NCBI GenBank assembly: GCA_035699805.1
Contig: DASSPF010000147.1
Location: forward strand, 143-64,142
Origin: Candidatus Limnocylindria bacterium
GTDB lineage: Bacteria; Chloroflexota; Limnocylindria; P2-11E
DNA length: 64,000 nucleotides
Direction of reading: 5' to 3'
The translations under genes and the position numbers were made by a program. Position 1 is the stretch's first letter. Every line of letters begins with the position of its first letter. A model generated the notes under the pieces. The model was given only the letters and a program-made list of their open reading frames with translations. It searched no databases and was not told the origin of the DNA. Shown in pieces: positions 44,951 to 57,959 of the stretch.

Positions 44951-47926
44951 GTGGAGGCCCTCGCCGCGCTCGACCGCCAGCTCTACCACGCGATCGTCAC
45001 CGCCACATCGCAATCGCCGCTCCTCGCGACGTTCGTCCTGCTCATCGCCTGGGCGAACTGGAACGGCCTGGTGTGGTGGCTCGCGGGTCTGCTCGCCAGC
45101 CGTGCCCGCGGCTTCCGGCGGCGCGGGACGTGGGCGCTCCTCACCGTGTACACGGCGATGGTCGATGGCTGGGTCGTCACCGAGCTCCTGAAGCTCGTCG
45201 TGCGCAGGCCGCGTCCGTTCACCGAGATCGTCGACGCTCCCGCCACGCTCATCGACCATCCGCTCACCTTCTCGTTCCCATCGGGCGACGCCACGTTCGC
45301 GGTGGGCGCGGCGTTCGGCGTCGCGGCGGTCGCGCCGCGCTGGCGCTGGCCGGCGTTCCTCTTCGCCGTCGCGGTGATGTTCGAGCGCGTCGCGGTCGGC
45401 GTGCACTATCCCTCCGACGTGCTCGCCGGCGCGCTGGTGGGCATCGCGTCGGGTCTGCTCGCGCCGCGCGCCGTCGCGCTCGTGCGGCGGCGCGCCCGCT
45501 GGCGCGTGTTCGTGGTGCCGCACACGCATTGGGATCGCGAGTGGTACGAGCGCTTCGAAGGCTATCGCGCGCGCCTGGTGCCGATGGTGAGCAAGCTCCT
45601 GGCCCTGCTCGAGCGCGACGCGTCGTTCCGCTCGTTCACGTTCGACGGCCAGACGATCGCGATCGAGGATCATCTCGAGAAGCGGCCGGCCGATCGGGAG
45701 CGCGTCGAAGCACTGGTGCGCGCCGAGCGGCTCTTCGTCGGCCCGTGGTACGTGCTCGCCGACAACCTGCTCGTCTCCGGCGAGTCGCTCGTCCGCAATT
45801 TCCAGGAGGGGCTCCGGGTCGCGCAGTCGTTCGGGCGGGCGCTGCGCGTCGGCTACGTCGCCGACCCGTTCGGCCATCCCGCGCAGGTGCCGCAGTTGCT
45901 TCGCGGGTTCGGGTATTCCACGTACGTGTTCTCGCGCGGCGTCGGTGACGAGGGCGAGGGGCTGGGGTCGGAGTTCTTCTGGGAGGCGCCGTCGGGCGAC
46001 CGCGTCCTCGCCTCGCATCTGGTGGACCACTACGCCGGCGGCCTGGCGCTCGTGGGCGAGATGTCCGAGACCGAGGACGCGCTCCGGCGGCGTGTCCGGC
46101 GCCGCCTGGGGCGGATGCTCGATGTGCCGGCGCGCTATGCGAACAGCGACATCCTCCTCTTCATGGAGGGTGACGACCACGTGGAGGCGTACGAGCGGCT
46201 GCCCGAGGCGGTCGCGGCGATGCGCGCGGTCGCGCCGAACCTCGACGCCCGCATCGCGAGCCTCGAGGAGTACGCGGAAGCCCTGCCGCCTCCTCCGACC
46301 GAGCACCTGGGCGAGATCACGAGCGGCCGGTACCGGCCGATCCTGCGGGGCGTGAACTCGACGCGCGTCTGGATCAAGCAGGAGAACGCGTCGTGCGAGC
46401 GCCTGCTGCTCGAGCGCTGCGAGCCGCTCGACGCGCTCACCGGCGGCGGCGCCGGGGAAGAGCTGCGGTCGCTCTGGCGGACGCTGCTCCAGAACCACCC
46501 GCACGACTCGATCTGCGGCTGCTCGATCGACGCGGTGCACGACCTCGACATGGCGCCGCGCTTCGCGCGCGTGCGCGCCGACGGTGAAGCGCTCGCCCTC
46601 GCGCTCGAACGGCGCCTGGCCGGCGAGGGGGCGCCGATGGTGTGGAACGACCTTCCCTGGCCGCGCGTGGCGATCGTCGAGCTCGACGGCGTGCCGACGG
46701 CGGTCGCCTCTGCCGGCCTGGGCACGGCCGCCGCGCGGCGAGCCGTCGTGGCTCCGGTGGTGTCGACCGGGGACGGCGTCATCGCCAACGGCGCGCTGCG
46801 GGTGGAGGTCGCAACGGATGGCTCCTTCTTCGTGACCGATCTCGAGGCCGGCGCCCGCACCGGGCCGCACAACGTCCTGGTCGATGACGGCGACCGGGGG
46901 GACCTGTACACCTATTCCTATGCCGGCCCGACGGTCGGCTCGGCCGGCGTGACGGGTACCCGGCACACCGATGTGCGTGGCGACCGCGCGACCGTCACCG
47001 TGGACTACGTGCTCGCGCTGCCCGCCGGGCTGCGTGGCGATCGTCTCGCGCGCTCGCCCGAGACCGTGCCCTGCGCCGTGCGCGCCGTGATCTCGCTCGA
47101 CGCGGGCGCGCGTCGCGTGGACGTCGCGCTCACCGTCGACAACCGCGCGCGCGATCACCGGCTGCGCGTGCTCTGCGAGACCGGGACGCGGTCGCTGACG
47201 CATGTCGCGGGTGCCGCGTTCGCCTGGCTCGATCGGACGACGCGGGTGACCGGTCGGTCCGGATGGATCGAGCGGCCGACCGCCGAGCGGTGCGGGCACG
47301 AGATGGTCGGCCTCGAGGGCGCGCTCATCGTGGGCCTGGACGGCCTGCGCGAGTACGCCGCGCTCCACGACGGGCGCACCATCGCGATCACGCTGGTGCG
47401 CGCCGTGGGGTGGCTCTCGCGGGGCGACCTGCCCGAGCGCAAGGGTCACGCCGGGCCCGCGCTCGAGACGCCGAGCGCGCAGTGCATCGGCGAACGGACG
47501 TACCGCTACTGCGTGGTGCCGCAGTCCGGAGCGACGACCCTCGCGCTCGCCGCGCGCGAGGTCCGCGAGTTCCTGTCACCCGCGCGCGTGGTGCGCGGCG
47601 ATGGCGTGGAGCGCACGTTCGTCGCCATCGACCGCGACTCGCCGCTCCAGCTCTCGGCGCTCCGCTCTGGGCCCGATGGGGCCGTCGTGGTGCGCCTCCA
47701 TGACCCGCGCGGCGAGCCCGCCGAGACCGGGCTCCGTTTCGCGTGGCCGGTGCGGGAGGTGCGCTCGGTCGATCTGCGCGAGGGGGAGACCGGCCTCGGC
47801 AACACCGGGCTCGAGGTCGTCCGGACGGCGGCGCCGCCGGAGATCGTGGACGGCGTGCTCCATGTCCGCCTTGCGCCCTATGAGATCGGGACCTACCTCG
47901 TCACGCTCGGTCCCACGAACGTGTGA
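44951..47926 (+). CDS. Membrane PAP2-superfamily phosphatase domain fused to a GH38 alpha-mannosidase (MngB-like).
   Basis: PAP2 motifs 'KLVVRRPRP', 'PSGDATFA' and 'GVHYPSDVLAG' within TM helices (residues 1-200). GH38 then begins 'VVPHTHWDREWYERFE...GPWYVLADNLLVSGESLVRNF'. The GTG start sits 3 nt after the DedA stop. Confidence 0.7.
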   Translation: MEALAALDRQLYHAIVTATSQSPLLATFVLLIAWANWNGLVWWLAGLLASRARGFRRRGTWALLTVYTAMVDGWVVTELLKLVVRRPRPFTEIVDAPATLIDHPLTFSFPSGDATFAVGAAFGVAAVAPRWRWPAFLFAVAVMFERVAVGVHYPSDVLAGALVGIASGLLAPRAVALVRRRARWRVFVVPHTHWDREWYERFEGYRARLVPMVSKLLALLERDASFRSFTFDGQTIAIEDHLEKRPADRERVEALVRAERLFVGPWYVLADNLLVSGESLVRNFQEGLRVAQSFGRALRVGYVADPFGHPAQVPQLLRGFGYSTYVFSRGVGDEGEGLGSEFFWEAPSGDRVLASHLVDHYAGGLALVGEMSETEDALRRRVRRRLGRMLDVPARYANSDILLFMEGDDHVEAYERLPEAVAAMRAVAPNLDARIASLEEYAEALPPPPTEHLGEITSGRYRPILRGVNSTRVWIKQENASCERLLLERCEPLDALTGGGAGEELRSLWRTLLQNHPHDSICGCSIDAVHDLDMAPRFARVRADGEALALALERRLAGEGAPMVWNDLPWPRVAIVELDGVPTAVASAGLGTAAARRAVVAPVVSTGDGVIANGALRVEVATDGSFFVTDLEAGARTGPHNVLVDDGDRGDLYTYSYAGPTVGSAGVTGTRHTDVRGDRATVTVDYVLALPAGLRGDRLARSPETVPCAVRAVISLDAGARRVDVALTVDNRARDHRLRVLCETGTRSLTHVAGAAFAWLDRTTRVTGRSGWIERPTAERCGHEMVGLEGALIVGLDGLREYAALHDGRTIAITLVRAVGWLSRGDLPERKGHAGPALETPSAQCIGERTYRYCVVPQSGATTLALAAREVREFLSPARVVRGDGVERTFVAIDRDSPLQLSALRSGPDGAVVVRLHDPRGEPAETGLRFAWPVREVRSVDLREGETGLGNTGLEVVRTAAPPEIVDGVLHVRLAPYEIGTYLVTLGPTNV

Positions 47927-47995
47927 CGGCCCGTCGCACGAACGTGCGACGCGCGTGGGACAGACACGACCCCGCTCCCTCCATACGCTTCCGCG

Positions 47996-48523
47996 GTGCG
48001 TCCGCTCGCGCTGCTCTTCGCCGTGGCGCTGCTGCTGGTCGCCGGCGCGGGGCCGGCGAGCGCTGACGACGGCGATCTCGCGTTCCGGCGTACCACGCCG
48101 CGCGCGGTGCTCGGCGGGGCGCCCCATGCCGTGGTCATCGGTATCCCGGGCGGCCGTGCGTGGGGGATCGAGAGCGAGCTGCGGCCGCTGCCGCCGTCGG
48201 GCACCGTGCTCGTGGTGCGCCTGGCGGTGACCGATGACGCGGTCCGCGAGGCCTTCGTCCGGGTCGCCTACTACGGCGCCGCGTCGGGCAGGTCGCGGCA
48301 GCTCGCGATCGCCGACAGCGCACCCGTCGAGGCGGGCGTTCGGTCGCTCGTCGCGGTGGAGATCGATCCGCCCCCGGGGGCGGTCGCGTACCGCGTCCGG
48401 GTGCTGGCCCGCCTGGTCCGCCCTCAGGACCGCTCTGCCCCCGATGCGGTCGGCGCCGTCTTCCGGCAGGGATCGGGCGGCTCGCCCCGGCCCGGCTCGC
48501 TCTATTCGCGGCTACTTCCCTAA
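47996..48523 (+). CDS. Secreted hypothetical protein.
   Basis: Signal peptide 'LALLFAVALLLVAGAGPASA'. No recognisable domain. Confidence 0.4.
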   Translation: MRPLALLFAVALLLVAGAGPASADDGDLAFRRTTPRAVLGGAPHAVVIGIPGGRAWGIESELRPLPPSGTVLVVRLAVTDDAVREAFVRVAYYGAASGRSRQLAIADSAPVEAGVRSLVAVEIDPPPGAVAYRVRVLARLVRPQDRSAPDAVGAVFRQGSGGSPRPGSLYSRLLP

Positions 48524-48533
48524 ACTGCGCCGG

Positions 48534-49622
48534 ATGGCAACCGTGACGTTCGACCACGTCACCAAGAAGTTCGGTGACGTGGTGGCGGTCAACGACCTCT
48601 CGCTCCAGGTGCGCGACGAGGAGTTCCTCGTGCTCGTGGGCCCCTCCGGGTGCGGGAAGACGACCGCGCTCCGGATGCTGGCGGGCCTCGAAGAGCAGAC
48701 CTCGGGCGACATCTTCATCGGGGAGCGCCGGGTGAACGACGTCGCGCCCAAGGACCGCGACATCGCGATGGTGTTCCAGAACTACGCGCTCTATCCGCAC
48801 ATGAGCGTGTACGACAACATCGCCTTCGGCCTGAAGCTCCGCGGCATGCCGAAGCAGGAGATCGACCGTCGGGTGAACGAGGTCGCCGAGATGCTCGCCA
48901 TCGCGCAGCTGCTCAAGCGCAAGCCGAAGGAGCTCTCCGGCGGACAGCGGCAGCGCGTCGCCGTGGGTCGCGCCATCGCGCGCGAGCCGGCCGTGTTCCT
49001 CATGGACGAGCCGCTCTCGAACCTCGACGCGAAGCTGCGCATCCAGACCCGCGCGATGCTCCAGAAGCTGCATCAGCGCATCCGCCGCACCACGATCTAT
49101 GTCACGCACGACCAGGTGGAAGCGATGACGATGGGCGATCGCATCGCGGTCATGAGCGACGGCGTACTCCAGCAGCTCGACACGCCGGAGAATCTGCACG
49201 AGCGGCCGGTGAACGTGTTCGTGGCGGGCTTCATCGGCTCGCCATCGATGAACTTCTTCCCGGGCAAGCTCGTGGCGAAGGACGGCGGGGTCGTCGCCGA
49301 CTCCGGCTTCTTCCAGGCGCCGGTCCGCGGCAAGGCCGCCGAGGCGGCGGGCCGCGACGTCATCCTCGGCATCCGCCCCGAGGACATCCACGATCTCGCG
49401 TACGCGCAGGCAGGCCGCGACCTGCTGGCGGTCGAGTCGAAGGTGGAGGTCCTCGAGTTCCTCGGCAACGAGCTGCAGCTCGAGCTTTCCTCTGGCGGAC
49501 AGAGCTACATCGCGCGCGTCTCGACCGAGACGCACACCAAGCCGGGCGCGACGCTGCGCGCGGGCTTCGACCTTCGCAAGCTCCATGTCTTCGACAAGGA
49601 GACCGAGGTGGCCCTGCGATGA
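48534..49622 (+). CDS. Carbohydrate ABC-transporter ATP-binding protein, solo MsiK/MalK/UgpC-type.
   Basis: Walker A 'GPSGCGKTT', signature 'LSGGQRQRVAVGRAI', Walker B 'FLMDEPLSNLD', plus a C-terminal MalK-like regulatory domain. No permease or solute-binding-protein genes are adjacent. Confidence 0.85.
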   Translation: MATVTFDHVTKKFGDVVAVNDLSLQVRDEEFLVLVGPSGCGKTTALRMLAGLEEQTSGDIFIGERRVNDVAPKDRDIAMVFQNYALYPHMSVYDNIAFGLKLRGMPKQEIDRRVNEVAEMLAIAQLLKRKPKELSGGQRQRVAVGRAIAREPAVFLMDEPLSNLDAKLRIQTRAMLQKLHQRIRRTTIYVTHDQVEAMTMGDRIAVMSDGVLQQLDTPENLHERPVNVFVAGFIGSPSMNFFPGKLVAKDGGVVADSGFFQAPVRGKAAEAAGRDVILGIRPEDIHDLAYAQAGRDLLAVESKVEVLEFLGNELQLELSSGGQSYIARVSTETHTKPGATLRAGFDLRKLHVFDKETEVALR

Positions 49623-51387
49623 CGCTCAAGGGCAACACGCAGGACTTTCCGCTCGACGTCGTCATCCGGCTGCTGGCGGACACGCAGAAGACCGGTGAGC
49701 TGGCGCTGCGCGGTGAGGCCGGTGCGGGTGCGCTCGGGATCGCGAGCGGCCAGGTCGTGACCGCCGTGTATGGCGACGAGGCGCCCATCCCCGCGCTCGG
49801 CGCGATCTTCAGCATGGGCCCCGCCGAGTTCGAGTTCACACCATGGGACCAGGCGCCCGACGCGAACCTGGAAGGCGATCTCCAGGAGAACCTGCGCAAG
49901 GCCGAGGAGCATCGTCAGTGGCTCGCGAGCGTGCGCGAGGTCATCCCCGAGGACCGTGTCCGCTTCCGCCTCTCCGAGCGCGCCGCGGAGCAGGGCGCGG
50001 TCACCTTCACCTCCGATCGCTGGCGGGTGGTGCTCGCGGTGAATGGCGAGCGCGACGTGACCGGCATCGCCGCTCACCTGCGCATCGATCGTGACGCGGC
50101 GCTCGGCCTGCTGGCCGGCCTGGTGCGCGACGGTGTGATCGAGACGGTCGCACCGCCGTCGCCCGAGGAGATGGCGCCGCCCGCGCCGAGCCCTCCGGCA
50201 GAGGCGGAGACGCCGACCGCCTTCGCGCCCGAGCCCCTCGCCGCGCCACCGCCCCAGCCCGAAGCCGAGCCCGCGGCACCGCCGGCGCCCGAACCACCGG
50301 CCTTCGAGAGCCCGGCAGAGCCCCCGAGCCAGACACCGCCGCCCGCGTCCTCGCAGGCCAGCGAATGGGGCGCGCCGATGCCACAGGACTGGGGCCCACC
50401 GCCCTCCCCCGAGCCCGCGCCAGCGGAGCCGGTCCCGCCGCCGATGCCGCAAGACTGGGGTCCGCTGCCCGCGGAGTCCGCGCCGGTCGAGCCTCCCGCG
50501 CCACCGATGCCGCAGGAGTGGGGTCCGCCGCCCCCGGCCGAGCCGGAGCCCGCCGTGGACGATCGCTTGGCAGCGCTCTTCGGCTCGCCGGCACCCGCGC
50601 CCTCAGACGCGGCGCCTCCGGCGGTCCCGCCCGGCGACCGGTGGGACGCACCCGCCCCGGCGGCCGACGCCTGGAGCGCACCCGCGGCGGACTGGAGCAC
50701 GCCCGCGCCGGCCGAGGCGCCGGCACCCCCGGCCGACGATCCGCGTCTGGGCGCGCTCTTCTCACCGCCTGCAGCCGAGGCTCCGCCCGCGGATGACCCG
50801 CGCCTGGGGGCGCTCTTCACCCCATCCGCGGCGCCGCCGTCCGAGACGCCCGCGCCACCGGTCGCGCCCGCGAGCGAGTGGGCCCCACCCGCCGAGACGC
50901 CCGCCGCGCCGGCGGCACCGCCGAAGAAGGGCCTCTTCGGACGGTTCAAGCGCGAGGAGACCGCGCCCGAGCCGGCCACGAGCACCACGCTCGTCGATCG
51001 CAGCGCCTCGACCCGCGTCGGTCTGCTCGCGGCGTTCTCCAATGCCCTCCTCACCGAATACAACAGTGGTCACTACGGCAAGGGCCACATCGACGACCGC
51101 ATGCCGGGGCTGCTCATGCGTGTGGACGAGCAGGCCGACCCGATCGACCGGCCGCTGCCGGTGGTGGACGACCGGCTCGACGTCCAGGCGCTCGAGCGCG
51201 TGAGCATCCCCGAGGCGCAGGCCGCCCCATACCTCGCCCTGCTGGTCTCGACCATCTACGCCGACGCGGAGAAGACCTTCGGGCGTGACAAGGCCAAGCG
51301 CGGGTACAAGGCCGCGATGCAGCACGTGTTCGGCGGCGATGCGTCCGCACTCGGCGGGCCGGATCTCGCGGGGAAGCTGCCCAAGGT

Positions 51388-51391
<4 letters not shown>
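49619..51391 (+). CDS. DUF4388-domain protein with a long Pro/Ala-rich low-complexity region carrying repeated 'PMPQDWGPPP' and 'DDPRLGALF' motifs.
   Basis: N-terminus 'DFPLDVVIRLLADTQKTGELAL' matches the DUF4388 pattern. Its start overlaps the upstream ATPase gene stop in an ATGA. The repeats are visible in the translation. Confidence 0.55.
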
Positions 51392-53450
<2,059 letters not shown>

Positions 53451-53457
53451 CACCACC

Positions 53458-54699
53458 GTGTCCGCATTCGCGAAGCGGACGGTCCGCGATGTCGATCCGT
53501 CCGGCAAGAAGGTGTTGGTCCGTGTGGACTTCAACGTGCCGCTCGACGCCCCGGCGGCCCCTGGCCGCGGCGCGACGGTGGCGGACGACACGCGGATCCG
53601 TGCGGCGCTCCCGACCATCCGCTCGCTGCTCGAGCGCGGCGCTGCCGTCGCGCTCTGCTCGCACCTCGGCCGGCCGAAGGGCGCCGAGGCCGGGTTGTCA
53701 CTGCGGCCCGTCGCCGAGCGCCTCTCCGAGCTCCTCGGCAAGCCGGTGCGCCTGCTCCCCGACTGTGTCGGCCCCGACGTCCGCCCGGCGCTGGTGAAGC
53801 TTCGCGGCGGCGAGGCCGTGCTCCTGGAGAACGTGCGCTTCCACCCCGAGGAGGAGCGCAATGATCCGGTCTTCGCGAAGGACCTCGCATCCGGGTACGA
53901 CCTCTACGTGAACGACGCGTTCGGCGCGGCGCACCGAGCCCATGCGTCGACAGAGGGCGTGGCCAAGCTGCTCCCCGCCTATGCCGGGCTCCTGCTCGAG
54001 AAGGAGCTCACCGCACTCGGCGGGCTGCTCGAGGCGCCGAAGCATCCGTTCGTCGCGATCATCGGCGGCGCGAAGGTCTCGTCGAAGATCGACGTGCTCC
54101 GCTCGCTCGTGCCGAAGGTCGACACGCTCGCGGTGGGGGGCGGCATGGCGAACACGTTCCTCCTCGCGGCGGGTCGCCGGGTGGGCCGGTCGCTGGTGGA
54201 GGAGGACCGCGTCGGCGAGGCCGCACGGATCACCGAGCAGGTCCAGGGCGAGGGCAAGCGCCTGCTGCTCCCGGTGGACGTGCTCTGCGCGCCGAGCGTC
54301 GACGCCGAGGGCGCCGGCCGCGCGGTGACGTACGACGTGGACGAGGTGCCCGACGGGATGGCCATCGTGGACATCGGCCCGCGCACGGTCGCTCTGTATC
54401 GCGATGCGATCCGCGAGGCACGCACCGTGTTCTGGAACGGCCCGGTCGGCGTCTTCGAGATCCCCGAGTTCGGGGAGGGCACGCGCCAGGTGGCGCGCTT
54501 CATGGCGAACAACCCCGGCGCGGCGACGATCGTCGGCGGTGGCGAGTCGGTGCAGGCCGTCACCGAGGCCGGGCTCGCGGAGCGGATGACGCACGTGTCC
54601 ACCGGCGGTGGCGCCTCGCTCGAGCTCATCGAGGGCAAGACCCTGCCCGGTGTGGCGGCGATCCCGGACAAGGAGGAAGGGGCCCAGCCCCCGCGATGA
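53458..54699 (+). CDS. pgk: Phosphoglycerate kinase.
   Basis: 'VLVRVDFNVPLD' and 'GGGASLELIEGK'. Confidence 0.95.
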   Translation: MSAFAKRTVRDVDPSGKKVLVRVDFNVPLDAPAAPGRGATVADDTRIRAALPTIRSLLERGAAVALCSHLGRPKGAEAGLSLRPVAERLSELLGKPVRLLPDCVGPDVRPALVKLRGGEAVLLENVRFHPEEERNDPVFAKDLASGYDLYVNDAFGAAHRAHASTEGVAKLLPAYAGLLLEKELTALGGLLEAPKHPFVAIIGGAKVSSKIDVLRSLVPKVDTLAVGGGMANTFLLAAGRRVGRSLVEEDRVGEAARITEQVQGEGKRLLLPVDVLCAPSVDAEGAGRAVTYDVDEVPDGMAIVDIGPRTVALYRDAIREARTVFWNGPVGVFEIPEFGEGTRQVARFMANNPGAATIVGGGESVQAVTEAGLAERMTHVSTGGGASLELIEGKTLPGVAAIPDKEEGAQPPR

Positions 54700-54745
54700 C
54701 GATGGAAGGGGTGGAAGGGGCGTAGCCCCTGCGATAGATAGGTAG

Positions 54746-56038
<1,293 letters not shown>

Positions 56039-56048
56039 CGCCGGGTCG

Positions 56049-56324
56049 CTACTTCTTCGCGGCCTTGTTCGAGCGCTTGGCGATGCGGCTGCGGCCGCGG
56101 CGCGCGGCGTTCTTCTTGATCGCGCCCCGCTTGGCGGCGCGGTCGAGCATGCTCGACGCCTCCGCGACGGCGGTGCTGGCGGCCTCGCCGCCCTTCTCGA
56201 TCGCGTCGCGCGCGGTCTTCACCGCGGTCCGGGCGGCCGAGCGGGCCAGCGTCTTGATCGTGGTCCGGCGCGTGGTCTGGCGCATCCGCTTGAGCGACGA
56301 GCGTTTCTTCTTCTTGGTTGCCAT
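56049..56324 (-). CDS. rpsT: 30S ribosomal protein S20.
   Basis: Lys/Arg/Ala-rich 91 aa, 'MATKKKKRSSLKRMRQ...' typical of the S20 N-terminus. Confidence 0.85.
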   Translation of the reverse strand: MATKKKKRSSLKRMRQTTRRTTIKTLARSAARTAVKTARDAIEKGGEAASTAVAEASSMLDRAAKRGAIKKNAARRGRSRIAKRSNKAAKK

Positions 56325-56326
56325 AG

Positions 56327-57958
56327 GTGTCGAACGATAGCGGAATCCGGCGCGCCATACTTCGCGCGGTGATGATGTCCGTCGCGCGGGCCTCCGTGGT
56401 GATGATCGCGGCGCTCATCGCCAGCCGGGTCCTCGGCTGGCTACGCCTCTCGGTCATCGGGGCGACGTTCGGGGCCACGCCCGACCTCGACGCCTTCTGG
56501 GCGGCCTTCAAGATCCCCAACGCCCTCTTCGAGCTCCTCGTGGCGGGAGCGCTCTCGTCCGCTTTCATCCCTGTCTTCGCCGGGTACCTCGCGAAGGAGC
56601 GGGAGAAGGAGGCCTGGCGCGTCGCCTCGAGCGTCATGAACGTCCTCATCCTCTCGCTCATGGCCCTGTCGGCGGTCATGTGGCTGGCCGCGCCGTGGCT
56701 GGTCCCGACCGTCGTCGCGCCGGGCTTCGTGAAGGATCCCGAGCAGCTCGACCGCACCGTCGAGCTCACCCGGATCATGCTGCTCAGCCCCATCTTCATG
56801 GGGCTGTCCTCGCTCGTCACGGGCGTGCTCCAGTCGTACCGCCAGTTCCTCGCCGGCGCCGTCGCGCCACTTGTGTACAACGGCGTGCAGATCCTCTTCG
56901 CGCTCTTCGCCGCGCCGTTCGTCGGCATCGACGCGCTCGCGTACGGCGTCGTCGCCGGCGCCGCGATGATGTTCCTCGTCCAGGTCCCGGAGCTCACGTT
57001 CCGGCACACCAAGTACGAGCTGCGGCTCGACCTCGGGCATCCGGGCGTGCGTGAGGTGTTCCTCCTCGCCGGTCCGCGCACGCTCTCGCTCGGCGCGGTG
57101 CAGCTGGTGTTCTTCGTCGACACCTACCTCGCCTCCCAGATGCCGGCCGGTGCGCTCACCGCGCTCAACTACGCGTTCCAGCTGATGCTCCTGCCGCTCG
57201 GCGTGTACTCGATCGCGATCAGCGCCGCGGTGTTCCCGGCGCTCTCGCACTACGCATCGCTCGGCCAGGCCGCGCGGATGCGTGACGCGCTCCAGCAGGC
57301 CATCCGCTGGATCCTGTTCCTCACGCTGCCGACGGCGATCGTCATGGTCGTGCTGCGCCGCCCGATCGTGAACCTGCTGTTCCAGTACGGGGCGTTCGAT
57401 GCCACCGCGCGGGAGCTCACGCAGATGACCTTCCTCTTCTATGCGCTGGGGCTGACCGGGCATGCGCTCATACAGATCCTGGCGCGTGCGTACTACGCGT
57501 CGCGTGACACCACCACGCCTGTCGCGCTGACGCTCGTCTCCATCGGCGTGAACGTGCTGCTCGCAGTCCTGCTCGCGCCACGCATGGGCATCAACGGTCT
57601 GGCGCTCGCCAACTCCATTGCCACGCTCGCCGAGGCCGCGCTGCTCCTGGCGCTCCTCGCGCCGCGTGCCCGCCTGCGCCTGGTCGGGCTGGGCTACAGC
57701 ACGCTCAAACAGGTCACGGCGACGCTCCTCATGGGCGTGGGCATGTTCCTGTTCATCCGCGTCACCAACATCCCACTCGACCTGGCACTCGCGCCGTCCA
57801 AGCCGGTGCTCCTCGTCCAGACGATGCTCGCCACGGCGTTCGGGGTGCTGGTGTACGTGGTGGCCGCGTACCTGCTGCGCATCGGCGAGCTCCAGGAGAT
57901 CGTGTCGTTCCTGCGCGCGCGGCTGCGCCGCGCACCGGCGGAGCCCGGTCGGGCCTAG
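56327..57958 (+). CDS. murJ: Lipid II flippase MurJ (MviN family).
   Basis: 14-TM MOP-superfamily pattern, 'TPDLDAFWAAFKIPNALFELLVAGALSSAFIPVF'. The true start may be the internal Met at about 56372, since 56327 lies 2 nt from the divergent rpsT start. Confidence 0.85.
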   Translation: MSNDSGIRRAILRAVMMSVARASVVMIAALIASRVLGWLRLSVIGATFGATPDLDAFWAAFKIPNALFELLVAGALSSAFIPVFAGYLAKEREKEAWRVASSVMNVLILSLMALSAVMWLAAPWLVPTVVAPGFVKDPEQLDRTVELTRIMLLSPIFMGLSSLVTGVLQSYRQFLAGAVAPLVYNGVQILFALFAAPFVGIDALAYGVVAGAAMMFLVQVPELTFRHTKYELRLDLGHPGVREVFLLAGPRTLSLGAVQLVFFVDTYLASQMPAGALTALNYAFQLMLLPLGVYSIAISAAVFPALSHYASLGQAARMRDALQQAIRWILFLTLPTAIVMVVLRRPIVNLLFQYGAFDATARELTQMTFLFYALGLTGHALIQILARAYYASRDTTTPVALTLVSIGVNVLLAVLLAPRMGINGLALANSIATLAEAALLLALLAPRARLRLVGLGYSTLKQVTATLLMGVGMFLFIRVTNIPLDLALAPSKPVLLVQTMLATAFGVLVYVVAAYLLRIGELQEIVSFLRARLRRAPAEPGRA

Positions 57959-57959
57959 C

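Noticed and set aside
44264-47449. N-terminal roughly 1060 codons of the 1460-aa minus-strand ORF 43067-47449.
   Set aside because: This portion runs antisense to DedA and the PAP2-GH38 gene with Arg/Asp/Gly-rich low complexity. Only the C-terminal 398 aa (from the ATG at 44263, with a Shine-Dalgarno) is protein-like.
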